Below, one piece after another: positions 20,302 through 32,121 of a DNA stretch of 64,000 nt (positions are counted from its first letter, which is position 1; each line of letters begins with the position of its first letter). A program made the position numbers and the translations under genes. The stretch comes from Alphaproteobacteria bacterium (GTDB taxonomy: Bacteria; Pseudomonadota; Alphaproteobacteria; UBA828). The notes below the pieces were generated by a model. That model did no database searches and was not told the origin of the DNA. It worked only from the letters and a program-made list of their open reading frames with translations. The stretch covers positions 1,280,001 through 1,344,000 of the forward strand of contig CBDCCI010000002.1 in NCBI GenBank assembly GCA_965214705.1, given 5' to 3'.

Positions 20302-20599
20302 GGATCGTCGCGTCATTGCCGGAGGGAGTGTGCCGGACCGGCACGTCCGGTGGCGGCCGTTCCCGGATCGATGATCACCGGGCGGAATGGCGGAATACCC
20401 GGAGGAGTAACCGGCGGCTTTGCGTTGACGCGGCCGGTCCGTGCGAGACTGTCTTGCCCGGGACTTGGTCTTCCTGCCGGGCTTGAACGCGGTCCGGAAT
20501 CTTCCCATCCTGAGGCTGGATGGTTCCATCGTCGTCGGTCCGCGTCGAGCAGCGCATGCTCGCCGGCAGGCGACTACAATTTCGCACGGAGGAAAGGTC

Positions 20600-21161
20600 G
20601 ATTTTGGTGCAACCCTGGAGAAGGGCGTGCCCTACGAGTTCGACCCCGTGATTCCGCAGTCCGACGAGCAGAAGGCGGTGCAGCCCTGGGGGTCAGTGCT
20701 GGCCATGTCCCACGGCGACGTGCGCATGTACGAATCGATGGCGATGCGCAACTACATCGACCATGCGTTCGACGGCCTGCCCCTGCAGCCGGCCGATGCG
20801 CTCGCCAACGCCCGCTGCTGGCTATGGACTTCGGTCTTCATCCAGTACCTCTACCGGCCGGCGATCGACATTGTCCTGCAGCGCCTGATCGTGCCCGCGC
20901 GGGGCGGCGAGCGCGACGAGGCCCTGGTCGCGAGCAGCGTGCCCAGAGCCGACAAGGCGCCCGGCATTCTCGACGGGGGGCTCGAAGGGCAGGCGCACTT
21001 CGCCGGCGACGACGCGTTACATGTTGCTGCGCATGTTGCACTACCTGAAGATGACGCCGGAGGGCGCGGACCTGCTCGCGCCCCGCGCCTGCATCGCCCG
21101 CTGGCAGGCCGCCATCGACCAGCGCGAGAACGCCGTCGCGACGGGCCCCGATTTCGGCTGA
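20600..21161 (+). pseudogene. glutathione S-transferase relic
   Basis: EKGVPYE, QPWG.V, MYESMAMRNYID..F.G..LQP.D; frameshift near 21015; no intact start. Confidence 0.7.
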
Positions 21162-21269
21162 TCGTTTGGGCTGTCAGAATCCAGTTCACTCGGCGAGGGC
21201 GTAGCCTGCCGCGCGCACGGTCCGGATCGTGTCGTCCTCGCCCTCCACGTTGGCCAGCGGCCGAACGAG

Positions 21270-21574
21270 CGGTCTCCACACTCGGGCGGGCTGCCCGGCC
21301 TGCGCTCCGGCGGGCGTGCAACCTCGTCGAAGGGATCGTCGCTGAAAGACTGCGCCCGCCCAGGTGCGCCGGTCTCGCCGTTGCCCATGAGGACGACGCG
21401 GAGGCCCGAACTGCCGATAATGCGCAGGTTCTCGAAGTCCATGATCACCGTGCGGTCCCCGTCCTCGAGCGCGGTCCTGACCGTCTGCTCGAAGTCGCTG
21501 GCGTTGCCCGCGTCGATTCGCCCGCTCTCGTGAACCGACAAGTCGCGGTCCTGCCGCTCAGTGGTTATTTCCAT
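21270..21574 (-). pseudogene. STAS-domain anti-sigma factor antagonist relic
   Basis: MEITTER..GRIDAGNASDFE..VIMDFENLRIIGSSGLRVVL, then similarity is lost; end approximate. Confidence 0.65.
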
Positions 21575-21645
21575 GGCCGTGATCAGCTCACGGATGGCAT
21601 CATCGGGAGTGTCGATGCGGGCGAACGTGGGAGGCGCGCTTCCCG

Positions 21646-21675
21646 TTGATAATGATTATATTTAGGTAATATCCT
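21646..21675 (+). promoter_or_regulatory. possible sigma70-type promoter/operator upstream of S24 repressor
   Basis: Very AT-rich patch in GC-rich DNA: TTGATA-N18-TATCCT. Confidence 0.3.
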
Positions 21676-21705
21676 GCATTCTCGGCATACGCGCCAGGAG
21701 ATGAC

Positions 21706-22380
21706 ATGAGCCCCGATCCACCGCGAGACAGCCTGCGCCAGGCGCTATGGAAGAACGGAATGTCCCTCTCCGAGGCCTCCCTTGCCATCGGTCGCAACAA
21801 GGCCTACCTTCACCAGTACTTCTCTCGCCGCATGCCCCGGGTGCTCTCGCATCAGGACAGCGAAGCGCTCGGCAAGCTCCTCGGCTCGGATCCCGCTGAC
21901 TTCCGCCACGACGAGCTGCCCGCGCCCAAGCCCTGGACAGGCAAGCGGAAAAAGACCCCCGCACCCGCGCTCGCCACCGTCATGGAGGTCGAGGTCGAGG
22001 CCTCCGCCGGGCCCGGCGCCTTCGCCGAGGAGTTCGTTCAGGAGAGAGCGCGCTGGCGCCTGCCGGAGGTCATGGTCCGCCACGAGGGCCACGCCGACCC
22101 CGATGCGCTCCGCATTCTCCGCGCACGCGGCAACTCGATGGAGCCCGAGTTGCGCGACGGCGACCGCGTCGTCGTCGACACCGCAAGGCGCATCCCCGTC
22201 ACGGGCGAGCTGTTCGTGCTCTGGGACGGCACCGGCCTCGTCGTCAAGCGCGTCGCCGGCCTCTCGGCCGACGGCATGCTCAGCCTGCTCTCCGCCAATC
22301 CCGACTATCCGGCCTACGAGTGCCGCGCCGAAGAGGCCCACATCTTCGGACAGGTGGCCTGGAAGTTCACAAGGGCATGA
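21706..22380 (+). CDS. HTH + S24 peptidase (CI/LexA-like) repressor
   Basis: N-terminal SLSEASLAIGRNKAYLHQY; catalytic GNSMEP and VVKRV. Confidence 0.85.
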   Translation: MSPDPPRDSLRQALWKNGMSLSEASLAIGRNKAYLHQYFSRRMPRVLSHQDSEALGKLLGSDPADFRHDELPAPKPWTGKRKKTPAPALATVMEVEVEASAGPGAFAEEFVQERARWRLPEVMVRHEGHADPDALRILRARGNSMEPELRDGDRVVVDTARRIPVTGELFVLWDGTGLVVKRVAGLSADGMLSLLSANPDYPAYECRAEEAHIFGQVAWKFTRA

Positions 22381-22461
22381 AACCGCCGCTCAGCGCCTGT
22401 GGCTTCCTCGCCGGAGCGAACGCGCGTGTCCGACGAATCCCCGGTGTAGCCCGTTGTAGCA

Positions 22462-24777
22462 CTACAGCCATCCCCGCTCGCGGAATGCGTCGAGATCCAC
22501 GCCGGGCGGCGCGTACCAGCCATCCGTCCCGTATCGGGCGCCCATGCTGAAAGCCACCTTCTTGTTCCCGTACGGAATCCGAAGCGGCGTCGGCGAGTTT
22601 GCCTTCGCCTGAGGCGCACCGGCCGAAAGTTCGGTCCGGACACGCTTCGACCCGGACGCCAGACGCGATCCCGTCGCTTTCGGCCTCTCCGTGCCCCGCT
22701 TGGCGCTCCCCGCCTTGCGCGGCTTCTCCTCCCGTGACGCGACGCGGCCAATCCCGCCGCCCGAATTCGCTTCCTCCCTCTGCCCGGCGTTTCGCTTGGG
22801 CGCATGTTCGTCGAGGAACGCCCGGCAGAGCGCCGCCGACTTCGTGTACCCGGTCGGCGGCTTGATCCCCTTGCTCTTCGCGATCGACGCCGCGAACTTC
22901 CGCATCTTCGCCGTTGGCGGACGGTCGCTGCCGCCGTCGGCTTCGCCGAGAAACACGCCCTCTGCATCGGCGCCGCGCTCCCCGAGCCGGCCGATGATGC
23001 GCCGGGCCGAATCGCACACCGCGTCGATCGCCCCCGCCATCTCCTGCCGGCCGGTCAGCACATCGTCGAGCAGGCACTCCAGCTCCGCCGTCACGCCCGG
23101 ATCCACCAGCGCGGGATCGGCGCGCTTCAGCACGCCGAACAGCGCGAGGCCCCGCTCGGTGGGCATGACGTTCTTTCCCTGCGCCGTCAGGAACCCCTGC
23201 TTCTTCAGGCCCGAGATGATCTCCGCCCGCGTCGCCGGCGTGCCGATCCCCTTGGCCTCCTTCAGACGCTCTCGCAGCGCCTCGTCCTCGACGAAGCGCC
23301 AGGCGTTCTGCATCGCCTCGATCAGCGTGCCCTCCCGGTAGCGCGGCGGAGGGCGCGTCTCCTTGTCCTCGATCCCGGGATCGCGGAGACGTGCTGCCTC
23401 CCCGTCCCGCAGGGGCGGCAGTGCCTGTGCCGCCTCGCCCTTCTCCTCGTCGGGCCGCCAGTCCGGAAAGGCGCCGCGCCAGCCGGCTTCGATGGGCTGG
23501 CGCCCCGTCGCCCGGAACTCGAATCCCCGCACGTCCATCGTCACCGTGGTCTGCCGGTAGCGGTAGTCCGGCATGACCGAGGCCAGGTAGGACCGCGCGA
23601 CCGCGTCGAACAGTTTCTTCTCGTCTGCCGTGAGTCGCGGCCAGACCTCGCGCAGGTCGCCGATCCTGTTCACGTTGGGGACGATCGCGTGATGGCTCGC
23701 GCCCTCCAGCCCCTTGTCGTGGAAGGCGCCGTTCCGGCCCTTGCGGATCACTGGCGGCGACGGCACCGGAATGTCCGCATAAGCCCGGCCCGCGCGCAGA
23801 CCCGCAACGATCCTCGGCACGTCCGCGGCAGCGCTCTCCGGCAGGTAGCGCACCTCGGCGCGGGGGTAGGTCAGGATCTTCTTGCCTTCCCCGTCGTAGA
23901 GCTCCTGCGCCACCTCCAGCGTCTTCGACGCCGTCCAGCCGAAGCGCGAGCTGCACAGCTTCTGAAGCGAGGGCAGGTCGTGCAGACGCGGCGGACGCTG
24001 GCGCTTGTCCTCGACGCGGACGCCAAGCGGCCCTTCGAATTCCCGCGCCGCCTCGGCGACCGCCTCCGCCTTCGCGCGCTCGACGATGCGCTCCTTCGGC
24101 GCGTGCCGCATCCTGAACGCGCCGCCTTCGGCGTGTGCCGTCGCCACCACCTCGAAATACCCCACCGGCACGAAGTCCCGGATCTCCAGCTCCCGCCGGC
24201 AGGCGATCGCCAGCGTCGGCGTCTTGACCCGGCCGATCCCGATCACACCCCGCGAGCCTCGGCCCAGCGTCACCGTCGCGGTGCGGGTGAGCGACAGGTT
24301 GTAGATCTGATCCGCCTGCCGGCGTGCCACCGCCGCCTCGTAAAGCCGCGCGTGCTCGCCGTTCGGGCGGGCGCGCCGGAACGCCGCGCGGATGGTCTCC
24401 GCGTCCTGCGCCGTGAACAGCACCCTCAGCACCTCGCCCCGGTAGCGGCAGTGCTCCAGGATTTCCTGGCCGATCAGCTGCCCCTCGCGGTCGCAGTCCG
24501 TTGCGAGCCACACCCGGCCGGCCGTCTTCAGCGCGGCCCGGATGGCCTTCAGCTTCGCCGCCTTGTTGCCGCCGGTGGCGGGCTTGGTGCCGTAGAGCCC
24601 GTCCGGTTTCAGCAATGCCGTCGACCAGCGCTTCCAGGCCGGGTTCACGTCCTCCGGCTCGCACAGGTCCAGCAGGTGGCCCTCCGCCGCGAGAACCGTG
24701 CCGTAGCGCGAGCCCACGGCGGCCCGCACGTCCTTCGCCTGGCTCGCCTTCTCGGTGATGACGATCTGGCGCGTCAC
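22462..24777 (-). CDS. topB: type IA DNA topoisomerase (Topo III-like) with small C-terminal domain
   Basis: IVITEKASQA, EGHL, ATDCDREG, GRVKTPTL, QELY..ILTYPR (catalytic Tyr), GIGTPATRA. The C-terminus LRIPYGNK..GARY..GWY.PPG is DUF5710-like. Confidence 0.9.
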   Translation of the reverse strand: MTRQIVITEKASQAKDVRAAVGSRYGTVLAAEGHLLDLCEPEDVNPAWKRWSTALLKPDGLYGTKPATGGNKAAKLKAIRAALKTAGRVWLATDCDREGQLIGQEILEHCRYRGEVLRVLFTAQDAETIRAAFRRARPNGEHARLYEAAVARRQADQIYNLSLTRTATVTLGRGSRGVIGIGRVKTPTLAIACRRELEIRDFVPVGYFEVVATAHAEGGAFRMRHAPKERIVERAKAEAVAEAAREFEGPLGVRVEDKRQRPPRLHDLPSLQKLCSSRFGWTASKTLEVAQELYDGEGKKILTYPRAEVRYLPESAAADVPRIVAGLRAGRAYADIPVPSPPVIRKGRNGAFHDKGLEGASHHAIVPNVNRIGDLREVWPRLTADEKKLFDAVARSYLASVMPDYRYRQTTVTMDVRGFEFRATGRQPIEAGWRGAFPDWRPDEEKGEAAQALPPLRDGEAARLRDPGIEDKETRPPPRYREGTLIEAMQNAWRFVEDEALRERLKEAKGIGTPATRAEIISGLKKQGFLTAQGKNVMPTERGLALFGVLKRADPALVDPGVTAELECLLDDVLTGRQEMAGAIDAVCDSARRIIGRLGERGADAEGVFLGEADGGSDRPPTAKMRKFAASIAKSKGIKPPTGYTKSAALCRAFLDEHAPKRNAGQREEANSGGGIGRVASREEKPRKAGSAKRGTERPKATGSRLASGSKRVRTELSAGAPQAKANSPTPLRIPYGNKKVAFSMGARYGTDGWYAPPGVDLDAFRERGWL

Positions 24778-26630
24778 GGCGGGCCCTCATGCGTGCCTCC
24801 GCCTCCGTCGCCCTCTGCCGGCGCGGCCGCGATGGCGGCCAGGAACGGCACGGCGAACTCCTTCAGCTTGGCCGCGCCCACGCCGTTGACCTCGGCGAAC
24901 TCCGCCTCGGTGCGCGGCCGGCGGCGCACCATGTCGATCAGCGTCCGGTCCGGGAACACGATATAGGCCGGCACGCTCCGCTCCCGCGCGATCTCCAGGC
25001 GCAGCGCCTTCAGAGTGCCCAGCAGCGCCGTGTCCTCGCCGCCCAGGGCAGGCTCCCCGGCATCGCCGCGGGCCGCGCCGGAGTCCCGGGCCTTCGCGGG
25101 CGTGCGCGCGATGACCGTGTCCTCGCGGTAGAGGAACTCGCCGTCGCCGCGCAGCAGGCCGAGCCCCTTCTCCGTGATCCCGATCCCGCCGTAGCCCCCG
25201 ATGTCGATCCGCAGGAACCCCGTCGCCACCATCTGGCGGATCAGCGAGCGCCACTCGTTCTTGCCGCGCTCCGCGCCCACCCCGAAGGTCGGTATCCGGT
25301 CGTGGCCGAAGCGCGCGATCTTGTCCGTTCCGGTCCCCCGCAGGATGTCGATCAGGTGCGCGGCCCCGAAACGCTGGCCCGACCGGTAGGCCGCCGAGAG
25401 GATCTTCCGCGCGTCCTCGGTCCCGTCGACGCGCTCCGACGGATCGAGGCAGACGTCGCAGTTGCCGCACGGCTCGATCCGCTCCCCGAAATACTCCAGC
25501 AGCGCCACACGCCGGCAGGCCGGCGCCTCGCAATAGCCCAGCAGGGCATCGAGGCGCTTGTGCTCCCGGCGCTTGCGCTCCGGCCCGGCGTCCTCGTCCT
25601 CGATGAACTGCCGTCGCATCCTGATGTCGTCGAGGCCGTAGAGCATGTGCGCCTCGGCCGGAGCGCCGTCGCGGCCCGCCCGGCCGATCTCCTGGTAGTA
25701 GGCCTCGACGCTGCCCGGCAGATCGGTGTGGAAGACGTAGCGCACGTCCGCCTTGTCGATCCCCATGCCGAAGGCGATGGTGGCGACGATCGCCACGCCC
25801 GGCTCTGTCATGAATATGTTCTGGTGGGCTTCCCGATCTTCCTTCTCCATGCCGGCGTGGTAGGGGAGCGCGCGCACCCCCTCCGCCGCCAGCATGGCGG
25901 CCGTCTCCTCGGTCTTGCGCCGCGACAGGCAGTAGACGATGCCGCTTTCACCCTCGTGGCGGGAGATGAAGCTGCCGAGCTGGCGCTTCCAGTCGCGCTT
26001 CATCTCCACTGCAAGCTTGATATTTGGACGGTCGAAGCCGAGCACGAACTGCTCGGCCCGTCCGCCGAACAGCTTGTCCACGATGTCGTTCCGGGTCACC
26101 TCGTCGGCGGTCGCCGTCAGCGCCGCGATGGGGACGCCGGGGAAGAGCTCGCGCAGCCGGCGGAGGTCCTCGTATTCGGGCCTGAAGGCCGGGCCCCACT
26201 GCGAGATGCAGTGGGCCTCGTCGATGGCGAAGAGCCTGACCGGAAGGCGGGCGAGCGCCGCCAGCATGCGCTCGGTCATCAGCCGCTCGGGCGCCATGTA
26301 GAGAAGCCGCGTCCGCCCCTCCGCCGCCCGGCGCCAGGCCGCGACGTTGGCGCCCCGGTCGTTCGCGGAGTTGATGCAGTCGGCCGCGACGCCCGCCAGC
26401 CGGAGCGCGGACACCTGGTCCTGCATCAGGGCGATCAGGGGGGACACCACCACCGTGAGCCCGTCCATGACCAGGGCGGGGATCTGGAAGCAGAGCGACT
26501 TGCCCGAGCCCGTCGGCATCACGGTGAGCGCATGGCGGCCGTCGAGGAGCGCTTCGATCACGGACTCCTGGCCGGGGCGGAACGCCTGGAAGCCGAAGAC
26601 CTTCCGCAGCGACCCGTGTGCCGCTTTCAA
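24774..26630 (-). CDS. recQ: ATP-dependent DNA helicase RecQ
   Basis: FRPGQE, MPTGSGKS, DEAHCISQWG, LTATA, QEIGRAGRDG, Zn-binding CRR..CGNCDVC, RQC and HRDC (PAYIVFPD.TL). Start uncertain (TTG 26630; ORF open to 26858). Confidence 0.95.
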   Translation of the reverse strand: MKAAHGSLRKVFGFQAFRPGQESVIEALLDGRHALTVMPTGSGKSLCFQIPALVMDGLTVVVSPLIALMQDQVSALRLAGVAADCINSANDRGANVAAWRRAAEGRTRLLYMAPERLMTERMLAALARLPVRLFAIDEAHCISQWGPAFRPEYEDLRRLRELFPGVPIAALTATADEVTRNDIVDKLFGGRAEQFVLGFDRPNIKLAVEMKRDWKRQLGSFISRHEGESGIVYCLSRRKTEETAAMLAAEGVRALPYHAGMEKEDREAHQNIFMTEPGVAIVATIAFGMGIDKADVRYVFHTDLPGSVEAYYQEIGRAGRDGAPAEAHMLYGLDDIRMRRQFIEDEDAGPERKRREHKRLDALLGYCEAPACRRVALLEYFGERIEPCGNCDVCLDPSERVDGTEDARKILSAAYRSGQRFGAAHLIDILRGTGTDKIARFGHDRIPTFGVGAERGKNEWRSLIRQMVATGFLRIDIGGYGGIGITEKGLGLLRGDGEFLYREDTVIARTPAKARDSGAARGDAGEPALGGEDTALLGTLKALRLEIARERSVPAYIVFPDRTLIDMVRRRPRTEAEFAEVNGVGAAKLKEFAVPFLAAIAAAPAEGDGGGGTHEGPP

Positions 26631-27166
26631 CGCACTGCCTGCCGCGCCCGGCCACTGCGCGGCTTCCCCCGATGGCGCTTCCGTCGAGTGACTCGACCGC
26701 CCCGGCGGTTGGCTTCCTTCGAGCGCTTCAAACCGCCGGTACGCCCGCTCCATCAGGCGAGGACCCAACGCCATCCCGGCACATCGTCCCCGCCAGACTG
26801 CCCTGCAGTCCGCCGTCCCGCAGCACTTCGCCGCCCATCCCGAGTTGTCGAACCCCAACCCGCACGATCGTCCGGTTGATGAAGAAATCCGCTATCCGCG
26901 ACCCGGCGAGTCATGGAGGACTCGTACCACGAATCGGCCCGCTCGAACGACTACCGAGAAACCCCGCCGCGGCGAGTCGCTGACGAGTTGCGGGGCACCC
27001 CCCGAGCCGGAATCGACCGGCATCGGGATCGCGCGCAAACCCTCAGTTGCCGCGCGCCGCAGGGGCGCGCCAGCAATCTTTGTGCGAAGTGCGGCGCCTG
27101 GCCGGGCGCCGCCGCGGCTTCAGTCCGGACCAGGAAATGGTGCTGGCCGGCGGCGCCCGAGAGCGC

Positions 27167-28854
<1,688 letters not shown>

Positions 28855-30705
28855 CAGGACTATCCCACGCTCCCCAAATGCGGACGATCTGGGCCGCGTT
28901 CGGGCGATTTCGGGTGTTGCGGCTCCCGCGCGATAGCCCGATTCGCAGGCTCACGGCTCTCGGTTCGGGCGAGACGTTGGCTTGGCCGCAATGAACGTCA
29001 GTGCTGACAGCTGAGCGGTGACGAGGTTGCACACCGCCATTGTCTGCCGTCCGGATCGGACGGCGTGGTGGCGCTCAGGGGGAAAGGATCGCGGCGAAGG
29101 CGTCCTCGCGCTGGAGCGCGAAGTGGCGGGTTGCCGAGGCGACGCTGTCGAAGTCGGTTTTGTGGATGATGAGCGCGATCGCGATGTTGGTGCAGAGCGC
29201 GTTGTTCTCGGGCGCGAAGCCGGTGCGCGCGAGGCACGCGTCCTCGTCGAAGAGCTTGTCCCTGACGTGGTGGTTGACCTCGACCGACCAGTGGCCGCGG
29301 TTCCAGGCGAGAAGGTCCTTTGGCGAGGCGCGCTCTGCCGGCACCGAGGTGATGCCGTAGGCGTGCTCGATGCTGGTCTCGCCTGTGCCGTTGCGCCGTG
29401 CGTCGGTGCGCTTGCGGGTGACACGGAAGATCTGCGCGACATGAGGATAGTTGATCAGGCCTGGAAGCGGGGTCAGGGTCTCGATGCGGCGTTGTTCGAT
29501 GCGGCCATGGGCCTTGGCGACATCTTCCTCGAAGTGTCCGCTCGCGTCGCGCTCCCAGTCGATGGAGGCGAGGGTCTCGCAGGTCTCGGGCGCGTTTTCC
29601 TTGACCGTCATGAGATAGTCGGCGCCGTGGGTTTCCTTGATGGTGCGCGCGGTGTCGCGGGTGGTGTCGCGGGTGGTGTCGCGGGTGGTGTCGCGGGTGG
29701 TGTCGCGGGTGGTGTCGCGGGTGGTGTCGCGGGTGGTGTCGCGGGTGGTGTCGCGGGTGGTGTGAAGCGCGTCGATGGTGATCACGCGGCCTTCGACGGG
29801 AACCTCGTCGAGCAGCGCGCACACGGCCGCGATCTCGCCGCCTGAGTCGTTGAAGGCGAGGCTTGCGAGCGGCGCGCCGGTTGCGTGGTCGACCAGGGTC
29901 GCGGTCTCGTGGTGGCCCTCGCCGTTGCGGTTGGCGCCGCGAATGCGCTTGCCGTCGAGCGCGATCGCACGGCCAAGGTTAAGTCTCGGCATCGAGAAGC
30001 GTTGCAGCGCCGCCTCGATCTGCTCGGGGTCGAGGGAGGCGATGACCCGGTGCAGGGTCGACTTCGAGACCGGCACGTAGAGGCCGGTCTTCGGGTTCTT
30101 CCAGGCGCCGAGCGCTTCCAGTTCCCGCTGCGCCAGCTTGCTCGCATACTCGGCGGCGGCGACGGGACCGCGCATGTTGGCGAGCCTTGCGAGGATATAG
30201 ACCGCGAGCGTGGTTGCGACGCTGTGCTTGCGCCCCTGGCCGCGCCGGAAGTCCTCGATCCCGTCGAGTTCCTGGTAGAGCGAGCGCAGTTCGCTCGGCG
30301 CCCTGCCGGCGTGGCCCTTGGGCTCCCAGCTTGCGGGCAGCGGGCGGGGCGCGCTGAGCCGCCGGCGGGCATCGCGGCGCAGGGGATAGACATAGAGCCG
30401 CTTGGGCTCGCCGTGGGGGTCGGTGTAGCGGCCGTTGTGGCGGGCAAAGCCCCTGGTGTCGCCGAGATAATGCCAGTTGGCGGCCTCGTAGATCGTGCCC
30501 TCGAAGAGCGCCGGGTTCACGAAGGTCTCCGCGATCAGAATCGGATGCCCATAACAGGACTGCCAGTCGTCGCCGAGGCGGCGCAGCATCGCGGCGATCG
30601 CGAACGAGGCAAGACACGGAAAGACGCGCTTCGCGCCGAGGATGACGAAGCGGGTGTTGTTCGCGATCAGATGCAGGCGCTGGAACTGCTGCGCCGCCGA
30701 CCACC
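28855..30705 (-). mobile_element. ISAs1-family element, left copy (5'-truncated; transposase with DUF4338/DruA-like N-terminal part)
   Basis: End CAGGACTATCCC at 28855. Transposase 29075-30705 has IALDGK.IRG, ITIDALH, VKEN, RGHWSVEVNHHVRD..F.ED; the upstream part has NNTRF.IL, ETFV, GTIYEAANW..LG.TRG. Confidence 0.85.
29651..29762. repeat. 12-bp tandem repeat x9 (GGTGTCGCGGGT), encodes (TTRD)9
   Basis: Visible directly; the right ISAs1 copy has a single unit. Confidence 0.95.
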
Positions 30706-32022
30706 CGACGGGATCGAGGACTTCCGGCGCGGCCAGGGGCGCAAGCACAGCGTCGCAACCACGCTCGCGGTCTATATCCTCGCAAGGCTCGCCAACATGC
30801 GCGGTCCCGTCGCCGCCGCCGAGTATGCGAGCAAGCTGGCGCAGCGGGAACTGGAAGCGCTCGGCGCCTGGAAGAACCCGAAGACCGGCCTCTACGTGCC
30901 GGTCTCGAAGTCGACCCTGCACCGGGTCATCGCCTCCCTCGACCCCGAGCAGATCGAGGCGGCGCTGCAACGCTTCTCGATGCCGAGACTGAACCTTGGC
31001 CGTGCGATCGCGCTCGACGGCAAGCGCATTCGCGGCGCCAACCGCAACGGCGAGGGCCACCACGAGACCGCGACCCTGGTCGACCACGCAACCGGCGCGC
31101 CGCTCGCAAGCCTCGCCTTCAACGACTCAGGCGGCGAGATCGCGGCCGTGTGCGCGCTGCTCGACGAGGTTCCCGTCGAAGGCCGCGTGATCACCATCGA
31201 CGCGCTTCACACCACCCGCGACACCGCGCGCACCATCAAGGAAACCCACGGCGCCGACTATCTCATTGACGGTCAAGGAAAACGCGCCCGAGACCTGCGA
31301 GACCCTCGCCTCCATCGACTGGGAGCGCGACGCGAGCGGACACTTCGAGGAAGATGTCGCCAAGGCCCATGGCCGCATCGAGCAACGCCGCATCGAGACC
31401 CTGACCCCGCTTCCAGGCCTGATCAACTATCCTCATGTCGCGCAGATCTTCCGTGTCACCCGCAAGCGCACCGACGCACGGCGCAACGGCACAGGCGAGA
31501 CCAGCATCGAGCACGCCTACGGCATCACCTCGGTGCCGGCAGAGCGCGCCTCGCCAAAGGACCTTCTCGCCTGGAACCGCGGCCACTGGTCGGTCGAGGT
31601 CAACCACCACGTCAGGGACAAGCTCTTCGACGAGGACGCGTGCCTCGCGCGCACCGGCTTCGCGCCCGAGAACAACGCGCTCTGCACCAACATCGCGATC
31701 GCGCTCATCATCCACAAGACCGACTTCGACAGCGTCGCCTCGGCAACCCGCCACTTCGCGCTCCAGCGCGAGGACGCCTTCGCCGCGATCCTTTCCCCCT
31801 GAGCGCCACCACGCCGTCCGATCCGGACGGCAGACAATGGCGGTGTGCAACCTCGTCACCGCTCAGCTGTCAGCACTGACGTTCATTGCGGCCAAGCCAA
31901 CGTCTCGCCCGAACCGAGAGCCGTGAGCCTGCGAATCGGGCTATCGCGCGGGAGCCGCAACACCCGAAATCGCCCGAACGCGGCCCAGATCGTCCGCATT
32001 TGGGGAGCGTGGGATAGTCCTG
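30706..32022 (+). mobile_element. ISAs1-family element, right copy (inverted, 5'-truncated, frameshifted)
   Basis: Near-identical reverse complement of 28855-30266; 1-bp insertion at ~31267 (CTCATTGAC); ends GGGATAGTCCTG at 32022. Confidence 0.85.
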
Positions 32023-32121
32023 ACACTGCGGATGCACGGGCTACCGCTAAGCCTACGTCGCGGATATGATCGCCTGCCGGCTCCCAGGGCTCCGGCTACC
32101 CTGACCATCGAGCAAGCGGGC

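Noticed and set aside
29651-29762. Possible CRISPR array
   Set aside because: Contiguous 12-bp units with no spacers, in frame inside a transposase; no cas genes in the window.
30267-30705. Druantia defence system
   Set aside because: Only a DruA-like domain fused to a transposase; no DruE-like helicase or other dru genes.
29075-31879. 670-aa and 664-aa ORFs as full-length transposases
   Set aside because: Their N-termini are antisense read-through across the inversion junction; both IS copies lack 5' ends.
28855-32022. Pure fold-back amplification chimera of a single IS copy
   Set aside because: The arms differ by several substitutions and indels, so two distinct copies are more likely; misassembly is still not excluded.
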